Source: the human T2T-CHM13v2.0 reference genome, Homo sapiens
Length of the DNA: 64,000 nt
Assembly: GCF_009914755.1 (NCBI RefSeq)
Contig: NC_060937.1
Direction: 5' to 3' (one strand)
This document shows, in pieces, positions 41,581 through 59,515 of this stretch (position 1 is its first letter; every line of letters starts with the position of its first letter). The position numbers and the translations under genes were made by a program. The notes under the pieces were generated by a model that worked only from the letters and a program-made list of their open reading frames with translations, was not told the DNA's origin and made no database searches.

Positions 41581-43516
41581 TCCAAGTGTTGTTAAAGTCA
41601 TAGATGATGGATATCTTTAGAAATTTCAAAAGAACCCTCAACAGGTCTATTCCAGAAGATAGGGATTGTGGTTATGTCCTTGATTGCCTTTCTCTCCAAA
41701 GATTGACAAGTGGGCAGTCAACTGATGATCCCCACACTGCTTTTCACTATTACCCAATGCTACATAGTACAGGGGATTTGCATTCCTCTCTCCCACTTAT
41801 AGAGCCCCTTTTATAGTGCTAAAAGAAGATTCAATAACGGAGATCTCCAAGACTTTAGAAATGGGATGTCCAGTCACCGATTTCTGTTCCTAGGATGGAC
41901 TTTGGAAGCAGATAGCCCTGCCTAGGCAATGATACCTAGTCCCATGCATTTTTTCATTGTCACGCTATCAGTGAGCGATCACTGGTGTTAATAGTTCCTA
42001 TCTTGAAAAGTAGATAGGACTGAAGTAGTTCAGCTTATCAGTCAGTAACGTTTCTGTATAGCATATTTTTGAATAGGAAATCAGATTACTTTGCCCCTTG
42101 CTAATATTATCCTCAAGAGCATGGGAGAATTGGTCAGTTTTTATGTGGGAGCATTTCACTAATGGATTGGCTTGAGAGAGGTTCTGCCAAAGGAGCTTTG
42201 TAAAACTTAATGACCTGGAAAAAGCATGTCTAGAGAAGGGTGAGAGGCTGAAATAGATGTCAGGGGGGCCAAAGATACAACCTGCATATTAGCAAATATC
42301 TCATGTGCCTGAGATCTTAACACTGCAAATGAGTTGCTTATTGTGCATTTGTATTTGTTCCTCAAAAGAGAAAGAAATGCATGAGGTTTACTTCCAACAT
42401 TGAAGATGCACATGACTGAAAAAAGTTGAACAGACAAAACACATGCATGCTCACACAAGCACCCTCTATGTCAGGCTAACTAAGATTTGTTGTTCTTAGA
42501 AAGTTAGAGGTATAAGGCACTTCAAAAATCATCAAGCATTTCATTTTTCAACCTTTTGTTTTTTCAACCAGGAATCTGACGACCATGGAAGCCAGGTGAA
42601 TTTCCAGGGACACAAAACTAGCAGCAGAAGCAGAGTTAGCTCCTTATAGATGTGGTATTGATTGGGCCTTCCTGGGTGAGGGAGAAGAGTTTTGGGATTA
42701 AGTCAACCCCAAAATGATTTAAAGATTATATAACTACAATTCCAAGTCAGTAGTTACAGAATTTGCAAAGGAACTGTATTACTTACATGACCACGTACCA
42801 TTTTACATTCTTTTATCTAGATAATAAAAGGCATTAAACAAGTAATCCTGGTTTAATCAACCTCTAAAGATTGCCTGAAATAAAAGCTAAACTTTCAGTT
42901 ATAAAGTACTGGCTCTTTATTTAACAACTTTTCTTTTCTTTCTTTTAATCTTATGGAGTCCCTGGGATTGTTGTAGACAGTTTCTCATTATCTGAATAAC
43001 CAGCATAGTCCCTTCAAAGAAAGATAGCTGTTTCCACTGTCTGTCTTCCATGTCTTACTTGGTGTTTTATAAAGGGATTAAAAGAACGTTTCAGTCTTAA
43101 AAAACTGAGGAAGAAGAGTAATTTTACATAGGATCAGGTATAGTGATCTGAACATACATAATGGAAAAGAAAAGGAGAAGGTGGACTCCCACCTCCCTCA
43201 AAAAACCCATGGATGTTTTGTTTTGCAGTTTAGTTTTTATTCTAGAGGGTCAAGTAGAGGAATCACTTACTGATCCTAAGGATTAATAAATCAATGTTCT
43301 CTGCTATAAGAGAGGTGAGTCCAGGAAGAAGAGGTCATACACATAGTGACCAAGAAGTGGCTATATTTTTAGGAGGAATCTGTGCATTCTTTGTTTCTAT
43401 TTCAACTTTTATATAGGAATTGCCTAGGTTTATCCCTATGCATTCCCTTCCTTTACTCCACGACTTTTCCTGAATCCTCCATTTCTCTCTCTGCTTTTAT
43501 TACTGCACCCAAGCTT

Positions 43517-43907
43517 GCTTCCTTCCTTCCTTCGCTCCTTCCTTCCTTCCCTCCCTCCCTTTCTCCCTTTCTTTTCTTTTCTTTTTTTTCTCTTTCGCTC
43601 TCTCTCTTTCCTTTCTTTTCTCTCTCTTTTTTTTGTCTTACTCTGTCGCCCAGGCTGGAGTGCAGTGGTGTGATCTTGGCTCACTGCAACCTCTGCCTCC
43701 TGGGTTCAAATGATTCTCCTGCCTCAGCCTCCTGAGTGGCTGGGACTACAGTCATGTGCCACCATGCCCGGCCAATTTTTGTATTTTCAGTAGAGACAGG
43801 GTTTCACCACGTTCACAAGACTGGTCTCGAACTCCTGACCTCAGGTGATCCATCCACCTTGGCCTCCCAAAGCGCTGGGATTACAGGCGTAAGCCACTGT
43901 GCTGGGC
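43517..43907 (-). mobile_element. AluSx-like SINE with (CTTC/CTTT)n-expanded tail
   Basis: Alu body at about 43635-43907 (ctcctgacctcaggtgatcc) preceded by a ~110-bp pyrimidine repeat derived from the A-tail. Confidence 0.9.
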
Positions 43908-43909
43908 CT

Positions 43910-44500
43910 ATTTCTTATCTGACATATTTCAGTTACTTGCCCCACTCTATTCTAAACACAACATCTAAACTGATCTTTTCAAAATCACACATTTAATCAT
44001 GACACATAGCTGCATAAAATCTTTTAAAAGCTGCTTTTAGCATTTAGGATAAAAACTAAAATTCTTAAAGAGGACACGCCCAATCTCACCTCTGCCTACT
44101 ACTCTTTAGGGTTAGCTCACCCACTAGCCTTGCTCTCTGTGCTCCAGCCACACTGATTTCTGCCATCAAAGTATCACCCCACATGATGCTCCCTTTGTCT
44201 ACTATTTGTAATCCCTCACCACTCCTTTACTTCTTTTTTCCTCCTATTCAGTCAGTCTTCCTAGTTCAGATTCCCTCTGGCATTGTTACATTGCTCCATA
44301 TATCCTTCTTCATAATGCTTTTCAAAGACTGCACTAGTACTTTAATTTGAGCCATTATTTTTTATAATCTCTCCCACTAGACTGCTAGTTACACAAGGGC
44401 AAGAACTCTACTTATTCACCTCAGCATTACCAAAGCCTAACAATTCCTAATACGTATAGGTACACAAACAATATTTGTTTAATGAAGAATAAAGGCATGT
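43910..44500 (+). mobile_element. L2 LINE 3' region
   Basis: ctctgtgctccagccacactg...ctcccactagactg...gtataggtacacaaacaatatttgtttaatgaa. Confidence 0.7.
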
Positions 44501-46986
44501 ATGCATATGTGTGTGCATAAATAAATTGATGAAAGCAATGAGATACTTATTGCACCTCTCCTAGAATAGTTCAGAGTGATCCCAATAATTTGCAGGAGTT
44601 TCATGGTCTAAAGAGAGCTGAAAGCACTTGTCTAGGACCACCTTCCAGACTTGTCCACCTTTCTTATTCCTTGTATCTTAGGCTGGATATGGCTGGAAGG
44701 TATAGTATGAGCCACGTGATATTGCCAAAGCCAAGAGCACAATGCCATTTGCAGGCCAGATATGCATATCTCTATGTCAACATATAGACCTGTAGGAAAT
44801 CAAGGAAATCAACAAAGTAATGCATCTTTGCATAGGTTGAATGGTAGTAAATGAATAAGAGAATTTTCTATTTTACAGAAAAAGCATGTATTATATGAAG
44901 TGTCCAGACTCCAGAGCCAGAAAGATCTGTCTTTAAAATGCAGATTATAAAAATAGTTGCCTTTTGGGGAAGAATCAAATGAGATAAAGGATGTGAAGAG
45001 CTTATTACAGTACCAGGTGCAAAAATATTATTAGTTCTTTCCTTCTTCCTGCCGTCCCATCCCAATGCACATATTTGCATTGAGGACATTACACAGCTTA
45101 AAACAATTTGAAATATTGCTGTATCTACTTGCAACTACAGTGAGATAAGTGGGTTCACAAACTTTAATCATATGTTGCTTTTTCTGGACACCGCATCCGA
45201 CCTCATAAGGAATTATTACTCACTAGATCATAACATCATAGGCTGTTTTGTCAGATAAGACACTTGCGAAATCTACCAGTTGAAATGTGATCTTGGTCAT
45301 TATCCAGAATTGGCATATATTAAAAACTGTCTATCTCTCTCCTCTTGTAACTGTATATGGAGGTTTGAATTGCTTGCTAGGAATTATCCCTGCCAACCTA
45401 TGACAGATACAGCGAAGTGACTCAGAGGAACCGTGGGAATGTGCCTCAGTGCCCCACTCCATTTTAGGAGCCAAGGCGTACACATAGGCATTTTGCATGT
45501 CCTTTTTAAGAGCCTCAAGACCTGATAAAACTTTGTTAGAATGTAATATGTTGTTTTTGAGTGTTTGTATTTTTACAGACTAAGAGAAACATGAAAACTT
45601 TTTTTTTCTCCTTGCTGCAAATCAAAAGCCGAGAGAAAATATTGTTTAAAACATATCTTAATTTGTTATGTGTTGTTGGTGTGACTTCCTGCATAGTTTC
45701 TTAGATGGAATAATGCTTTGGCAATCACCTTACCCTTCAAGGTACAAAAAAATTCTAAGTACTAAAATATACGGGAATTACAAGTAAGGAGACGAATAAA
45801 TTCATTAAAGATGAGGTACCTTCTGTTAGAGGAGAATTTTGAATCCTAAAATTATAAGTACATTAATTTTAAAACTACTCACTTGAATTTGCACTTCTAT
45901 TTCATACCAACTGTTCATTAGCAAAGGTTTCTTTACCATACATTTGCCAATACGGGGTAGCTCATGAAGAGAGCACTGGCTTTGAGTATCTAGTCAAGTT
46001 TTGTATAAGAAAACTTCTAGGCTGAGTTATTCTTTTTCAAAATAAAGTTGAACTCTGAACCTACATAGTATCTTGAGGAAGTGGTTAGTACTTTGTGTAT
46101 GTGGTGGGAGGGGAGGTCATTCTGAGGACATAAAAGACATTACTGCTAAAATATGAATGTTGATTCTTAAATATTTTTAACATAAAATTTCAGATAAACA
46201 GATCTTAAAAAAAACCACGCACTCTCTCTACTCAAGGGCTATTTTTAATCGTTACAAGTCTCAACGAGCATGGTATTTTTAAACTAGGAAGCTGGAAAAA
46301 AACATTTTTATTTTTAAATTGTCCTTTGTGAGTTTATTTTCCTCATAGCTGCTTCTCTTGTGTACGTCTGAGTTCTTAAAGTGTTTTTTTATCATGTTTG
46401 ATATAGGAGACTAAGAGAGAAGTCTGGTAGGGACGGTGGTAAAATATCATAGACTGAATACATGTTTATATAACCAAACGCACACTCTTTGATCTGGCGA
46501 CCTAGAGTAAGTGTGTAATAACACAAGTAGGTGGAAAACAAAAACATCAGAAGTGAGGCTGCCCAGAAGATAGTAACTTATTTCCATGACAATACTTCAT
46601 ATTCACAACATTTTACAGGGAGTTATAAGGGAGAAAATCAGTTTCAAGAACAATTTTCAAAAATTTAATGATATAATTCTCAGTGAATTATATTGATTTA
46701 GAGATTTATACTGAAGCTTTTCACAGAGTGAACAGCTAATAGATGACGATATCAGAAAATAGTTTTAGAATAGAGGACTATTTCTACATTAGAAACATAC
46801 AGATTTTAAGTCTACATTTTAAATGCTATTGGCTACTTAATAGTAGGAAGAGGAATGGACATAGGTTGTATTTTACACACCAACATGAGTTTATTAGCAA
46901 CGTGGGTCTAGAATGTATACTGAAAGGGAGTAGCCTGTCTGAATCTCTGTCAGCTGTGGTGTGGCTGAAACATTTCTTTATGAGCT

Positions 46987-47308
46987 GTTATGGTCTCAAT
47001 TGTGTCCTCTACCCAAGATTAGTATGTTGAAGTCCTAACCCCAGAACCTTAGAGTGTGACAGTATTTAGAGATAAAGTCTTTAAAGAGGTAATTAAGTTA
47101 AAATGAAATATAGAGGGAAGACCAGGTGTAAATGCAGAAAGAAGAGAGTTATATTCAAGCCAAGGAGAGAGGTCTCAGGAAAATCCAACCCTCTCTATGT
47201 GTTGCTCTCAGTCTTCTAGCCTCTAGAGTTGTGAGAAAATAAATTTCTGTTGCTTAAGCTACCCAGTAAGGGGTACCTTCTTATGGAAGCCCTAGGGAAC
47301 TAACATAT
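46987..47308 (+). mobile_element. MLT1 (MLT1B-like) solo LTR, internally deleted
   Basis: tgttatggtctcaattgtgtcc...gttgaagtcctaaccccagaacc...gagaaaataaatttctgttgcttaagctacccagt. Confidence 0.85.
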
Positions 47309-48655
47309 AGACCAACCCCCCCGAAAAGAACAGCTATAACTTTGAAGAAAACACAATGAAAAACTAACCTTTAATTATAAAAATGAATAAAAACAGGCAG
47401 ATTCTGGAAGACAGTAAAAACTTGGAAGAAAGGACCAGGCCAATGAGTTTCTTATTTACTTATTTGTTTGCTTGTATATAGCTAGTAGCCTGAGGGCAGG
47501 CTACCACTGTGGTACATTGTGGAGTGGCAAGAACTCTGAAAATATGAATAATAATGGCCTACAAAAATATATGACAGTATTCAGGGCAACCACAACTGCT
47601 AGAAAATGAAGAGAGAATTCCATAAAAGAGGGAGTCAGAAAAAAGATTCCCAAATTCTCTGCAGAATCCTGAGCCATGCATACGTAGGGCAGACTGCAGA
47701 CAGTCTAGGTAAAGGGGATTTAGAGAAGTACTGAACTGAGATTTTAAGTATACTGACTTTAAACTACAAAACGCACACACGCACATACACACAAACAGAC
47801 AAAACTTGAAATGATTATAACAGAATCTAGAGTCTCCACAACAACTTACAGCATCCAAGATACAATGCAAAATTTCTCCTTCTAGAAAGAAGCAGGAAAA
47901 TGTGATCCATTCTCAAGAGAAAAGACAATCAATGAAGACTGACCCTGAGATGACCCAGATAATGGATTTAGCAGACATAGACTTTAGTTATTATAACTAA
48001 GCTCAAGATGGCAAATGAAAAAATATGGTAATAATAAATGAAAACATAAGAAATCTCAGCAGAGAAATAGAAATTATAAAACAGCAAAGTGGAAAGTTCA
48101 GAACCGAAAATAAAATACCTAAAATATAAAAATATTACTGAATGAGCTTAACAGCAGAATAGATATGACAGAGGAAAGAGTAAGACAAGCCAAACACAAA
48201 TCAAGAGAAATTATCCAATCTAAGGAAAAAAGAGAAGGAAATATTAAAATAAGCTAATAGAACCTTAAGTATCCATGGGATAATATCAAAAGGTGTATTT
48301 GAAGTCTCAGAAGAATAACAGAAAGAGAATGAGTCAGGAAAAGAATATTTGAGGAGATAATGGCATAAAGTTTCCTCCAAATTGTTGAAATACATAAATT
48401 TACGGAATCAAGAAGCTCAGGAAAACCTCAAACAGAATAACAATGAAGAAAACTATGCCACAACACATTATAGTCAAACTTCTAAAACAACAAAAAAGAA
48501 AAAAAAATCTTAAAAGCAGTCTGAGAAAAATGGCATATTATATGCAGGAGAACACCAATTAAAATTATTGCTGACATTTCATCAGAAATATAGAGCCCAG
48601 AAGGGAATGGGGCAGTATCTTTAAAATGCTGACTACGAAAGACAAAAAACTGTCA

Positions 48656-49006
<351 letters not shown>

Positions 49007-49251
49007 TTAGAAAAGGCAAATAGGTATATAAAAGATCATTTTTTCTATTATTTGAAAAATAAGCATACCAATGTGTAAAGCAAAAATTAAGACACTGTCT
49101 TGTGATGTTTATAATGTATGGAATGTATATGTCAACTACAGCATAAAGAACAGCAATGTGGGGTAAATGGGCCTTTTCTGTGGCAAAGCTTCTACATATT
49201 GCATGAGTATACAATATAAACTCCAAGTAGATTGTGAAAAATTGAGGGTAT

Positions 49252-49768
49252 TGTGGCAGACAGAATAATGCCCTCCCTCCAAAGATGTCCATGTGGATAT
49301 GCTATGTTACATGGCAAGCAGGAATGAAGGTTGCAGATGGAATTAAGGTTGCTAATCAGCTAACATTAAAATATGTTTTAATGTTAAAACATTATTCTGT
49401 TTTAGAAATGTTAAAACATTTCTAACAGAAAAATTATTCTGGATTATCTAAGTGGGCTCGGTGTAGTCAGAAGTGTTCTTAAAAGATGGAAGAAGGAGGC
49501 AGCAGGAGGCTAAGGTGATGCTGCTGAGAAGGACTCAACCTGCTACTATTGCTGGCTTTAAAGATGGAGGAAGAGGAAAAGATGGGAAGATCAAGGAAAA
49601 TGATTATCCTCTGAGCTTCCAGAAGGAATGCAACCACGCCAAGATCTCAATTTTAGCTCAGTGAGACTTGCATCATATTTTTGACATATTGCCCTATAAA
49701 ATAATAAAGTTGTGTTGCTTTGAGCCACTATGCAAAAATCTGTTACAGCAGCAAGAGAAAACTAATTA
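49252..49768 (+). mobile_element. MLT1 (MLT1E-like) solo LTR
   Basis: tgtggcagacagaataatgccc...ggttgcagatggaattaaggttgctaatcagct...tgttacagcagcaagagaaaactaat. Confidence 0.85.
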
Positions 49769-51269
49769 ATGTATACATTGAAATTCTGAAAGCAACCACT
49801 AAAATATAAGGTGAAAAGGTGTAGCTATCTAGGGCAGATCCTAGAACGAAAGAGAATGCCAGATACTTGCCATTCCTAGTAATGGGACGCCTAAGTCTGT
49901 CCGTTGTTTTGGACATGAGAAACCGAGCAATGAGGTTATTATTATTAGTAGTAGTATTATTTTGCTTTTTCCTAGAATCATTTTTTCTGCGTTCTGAACT
50001 TTTCTGTGTTTCTGGTGTTCTGAATTATCTAGTGAGGATGGATTTAAATAGTCATTTTATTTTATACTAAAATAATCAGTATTTAAGTGTTTTACAAATA
50101 AATATTTATTTCTCAATACCTCAGATAATGACAGATACACCTAAATATTGGCAAAACTAATCTTTTGCACTTGTACTGTTATACAAGTTTTACTCAGGAG
50201 TATATTTATTTTTCATTTTTCATTTGAACACCTATTTCCTATTTTGTTAACAGGAGTTTCACTTGGGTACATTCTGAATATACTTCATTTTCAATTCTTT
50301 AGGGATACACTTATTTAATAATATACAGAGACACAGCTCAGGATATTTATGCAACTTAACAATTGGTGCAGTCTAATCTCTAAACACATGGTGTGTCAGT
50401 GATTTACACAACAGACTCATAGGCTGGTGTAAAAATGTTTGCCACTGCCTGGCAAAATATTTATTATGAGTACTTGGAAGAATTTGAAGAAAAGAACTAT
50501 TAGGAGACACATTCCAAACAAATAGCTGCTTCTTCATAACCTCACAGACTATACACAAAGCTTCCCAAAAGTCAGCCTATGAATAGTTAGAAAAGAAAGG
50601 AGAAGGACCTTGTTCATTTACAGGCTGCATCTTCCCATTTTTCATAAGTGCTTATTTAGAAAATAGTTGTCCACTGCTAAAGAACATTGAAAAAAGAAAC
50701 CCTCTAGTTTCTTTATTTCCTTCAATAATGTCTTGGAAAAGTTAGCAAATATAGTAGTAAGCTCAATTTATTTTATTATTTATTATATTTTTAATTTCAA
50801 AACACTTGTCCAGTAAGTCATTTATTGAAATGCAAAAGATTGTTAATAAAATTATTCCCAAGGGATGTTGTGAAGTGGCATTCAAAATATATTTCAGCAC
50901 TAATGTTAAAATTTAGGGCTTTCAAAGAGGCTATCTTAGGGTTTATACTATGCCATTTTTAGTAGAATATTGCAAAGGTGTTTCTACCCATTGCTCTTGG
51001 CCCTACTATGTATCCATGAACATTATAAAGCAGTTTAGAATGAGGAGCCAATCAGATAGGTAGATTTGGCTGAACATTGCAAACCTTGTAATTTTGCCTT
51101 TGAAAAGTGAAACTAAATGTTCGAAGATTGTTTAACTTTATCTTTAAACTGATTCATTTATAAATAACTTAGAATACAGACTTTTCCAGTGAATTTTATT
51201 TAAATAAATTTTATTTTCTCATTTTATATTTCAATCTCCTACTGTAAGAGTAAGGTGATTTATAGGCGA

Positions 51270-51429
51270 TTTTATTTATTTTTTTACTTTAAAAATATTT
51301 TTATGGGTATACACATGGAGTTTCGCTATGCTACTCAGACTGGTCTTGAAATCCTGGGCTCATGTGATCCTCCCACCTTGGCCTCCCAAAATGCTGAGAT
51401 GACAGGTGTGAGCCACCACACCTGTGGCC
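51270..51429 (-). mobile_element. FLAM / Alu left monomer
   Basis: ggagtttcgctatg...tcctgggctcatgtgatcctcccaccttggcctcccaaaatgctg. Confidence 0.85.
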
Positions 51430-52599
51430 TATTTTAATTCATCCCTCCTCAGGCACAAAAAATCTTATTCAAGAATTACCATTATTAGCATTTATTCAGA
51501 TATTGTAGAAGATTATGGATTAACTTCTTTGATATAACAATTTCAGAAGGAGTATATGGAGATATGTAAAAGGTAAGAATAAAATGTCTATTTCACAGGT
51601 AAGGAACTAGAGACTGAGGAAGGTTAAATACTTTGTTTAAAGTTACACAGTAGTAACTCTCAGATAAGTGATTTAGACCCAGGTGAGTTTTGCTGTTGGG
51701 ATTCTCTCTATTATATTTTACTCTTCCCCGACTATCTAGCCACATCAGCCCAATCAGCCTGGGTGTTCAATGCTTGGACACACTGGAGTCAAATCAATCA
51801 CATATGAAAAGTTTTTAAAATAACCTTCTTCCACCACTGGCTCGATTAATTACATAATTTGGCAGGGCAAAAAAGGCTTGATTAGGTTAAATTGGATGTA
51901 ATCAGAGCATTCAAATTTCTTGTGCTCACTGACTCCGTACTGGTAAACATCCCTTATGAGGTATTTGAAAGGTCCACTTAATCCAAACAGTTGTTGAATG
52001 GTCAGTCTTTTTAACATCACACTAGAAGAACAAACACTTGGATTATTTTTAAGTTTTAACTCTCAGGGCCATCAAATACCTTGTTTTCTATAATGTTTTC
52101 ATACACAAGATGTTTCTATTTGTTTCAGAAAGTAACCAAGGAAATAGGGAAGTAGCATTTAGGTTTCAAAATATGTAGTTTATTTCTACACATAAGCGAT
52201 AAATACATTAATTAAGATCAAGTAACAACTATTGTTTCAATTTTATTTTTATCAGCTCTAATGTTAATTAGTAAATAAACACTTACTATTATTGCAATTA
52301 TTGCATGAAAAAAAAAAGATGAACATGACTAAGATAGAATCCCAATACTCGAGAATCTCACACTGAGGGAGTAAAAATCCAAATCAGTATATGTGAAATA
52401 TTTGGATGGGGAATCACAAGGATAAGCACAAGGTAATATAGGTGTACACAGAAGGGATAGCTCATACAGCGGGTGGGGAGGAAGTGTTGACTAGTACTTA
52501 ATGGGAGCTACGACACTGAGTTAGTACCAAATGAGTCCCATAAAAATACACAGTGGCCAGATTCTCTCTCTCTTCAAACATATAAACACGCAAATGCAC

Positions 52600-53990
52600 A
52601 CATGCACACACATGGGGAAATATAGGAGAACATCTTTATAATCTTGTCCTTAGGGAGGCCCTTTATAAAAAAGGGAGATATTTTAAAATAACAAAAGCAT
52701 ATGATTAACACAGAAAAGTGTAAAATGTTGTACGCCCAGACAAAAAACATACAAAAAATCTACAATATGTAAACAAAGCATTGATATTCATACTCTATAA
52801 GGGTTGTCTACAAAACAATGAGAATAAACACCTAATCCAATAGAAAAATAGACAAGATATAATCATACAAAAAACGCAAAACTCCAAATGGCTAATGAAA
52901 AAAATATATATGTTATTCATTAAGCTAATATTTTGTTCCCCTTATTAGATTGGTAAAATTTAAAAAGAATAGTACTATGCTGACAGATGTGAAGAAAAAT
53001 TGATACTATTGATACCCACTGTTGGTGGAGATGCAAATTATTGTTTTTTTGTTTTGTTTTTTTGACAGAGTCACTCTGTTGCCCAGATGGAGTACAGTGG
53101 TGCTATCACAGCTCACTGCAGCTTTGACTTCTTGAGCTTAAGCAATCCTCTGCCTCAGCCTTCTGAGTAGCTGGAACTACAGGCACACACTACGATGCCC
53201 AGCTAATTTTTAAAAATTCCTTTGTAGAGAAGATGAGGTCTTGCTGTGTTGCCCAGGCTGGTCTTGAACTCCTAAACTCAAGTGATCCTCCTGTCTCGGG
53301 CTCCCAAAGCACTGGGATTACAGGTGTGAGCCACCACACCTGGCTGTTATCTTTTTAATACGGAAAAAATTAGAACTATAAAATTTTATAAAACATACCT
53401 ATATTGATGGAACTATTCCTTTCTAAAAATCTATCCTGCAGACAAACTGGCTTATAAATGCAAAGATTCTTTTACAAGAAAGTTAACTGAAGCCTCATTT
53501 ATGATAGGAAAAATTGGGAAAACTTAAATGTCCGCAAATTAGGGATTAATTTTATAAATAATGATTCATTCATTATTTATGAATTCCATATATCACTTCA
53601 AAATAATAAAGTAAATATGTAATTATTGATATTTTAAAAATCTCTAAGACATATTTTTCAAAGGAAAAAATAAATAACACAGCCATACACATAACATAAT
53701 CCCATTTATATATACAATTTAAAACTGTGGGTGTGTCAGTGAATGTGTAGGCCCATAAGTGTGTAGGTATGTTTTGTGTGCACGTGGATGCAGATATCTG
53801 GTTTTGGAGATGTACACAGGAAAACATCTGGGACTATTTCCCCTAATACATTGAACAATAATTCCCAACTTTGAGCAATGAATTAGAAATGGTAAAAAGG
53901 GTCTATAACTTTTATTATTTCATGCCTTTAAATCATTTTAATTGTGTATATTGAGCTTGTAGTTAGGTATTCTGTAATTCTAAATTATTT
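52600..53990 (+). mobile_element. Old L1ME-like 3' region, interrupted by an AluJ
   Basis: Degenerate L1 ORF2/3'UTR motifs (aatccaatagaaaaatagacaag; cactgttggtggagatgcaaatt). Confidence 0.65.
53041..53345 (-). mobile_element. AluJ SINE
   Basis: atcacagctcactgcagctttgacttcttgagcttaagcaatcctc, a J-type dimer. Confidence 0.9.
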
Positions 53991-54439
53991 ACATTATCAT
54001 ATTATGATGAATTGTTATTATAATTATGAAGTTCTAGGGAAGAAGGATTAGCAAATATTTCCTGAAATCAGAAAGACACTATATAAGCGGTTTTTTTTGT
54101 TTGCTTTAATCTTCCACATCCATAATAAGGATATTAGGTAAAACAATCTAAGTAGTTGGTAACATTATTGTGAGTAAAAAGTGTTGGTCTATTTGTTCCA
54201 AAAGGTCCTTTCACATCTTTTTGGCAAGGCCCAAGATTCCAACTGTGGCTTCACTTTTTCAAACAAGTTAATTTGAGAATCTCTAGAATATAGGAAGCAG
54301 TCAATAATTTCTTGTTAAATAATTTGTTATTTAATGAGTACTTGAAAGGCTGAATTGGTGAATGCCTGAATGAATGAATTATAGATGGAGAAAACGTTAA
54401 CTGTAAATCAATAGAAGTTGTTTCTGAGAAATACTTGAT

Positions 54440-59515
<5,076 letters not shown>

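Noticed and set aside
49825-50050. Unique-looking segment after the L1/MLT1 block, considered as an snRNA/snoRNA pseudogene
   Set aside because: No recognisable RNA family, box motif pair, TSD or poly(A) tail.
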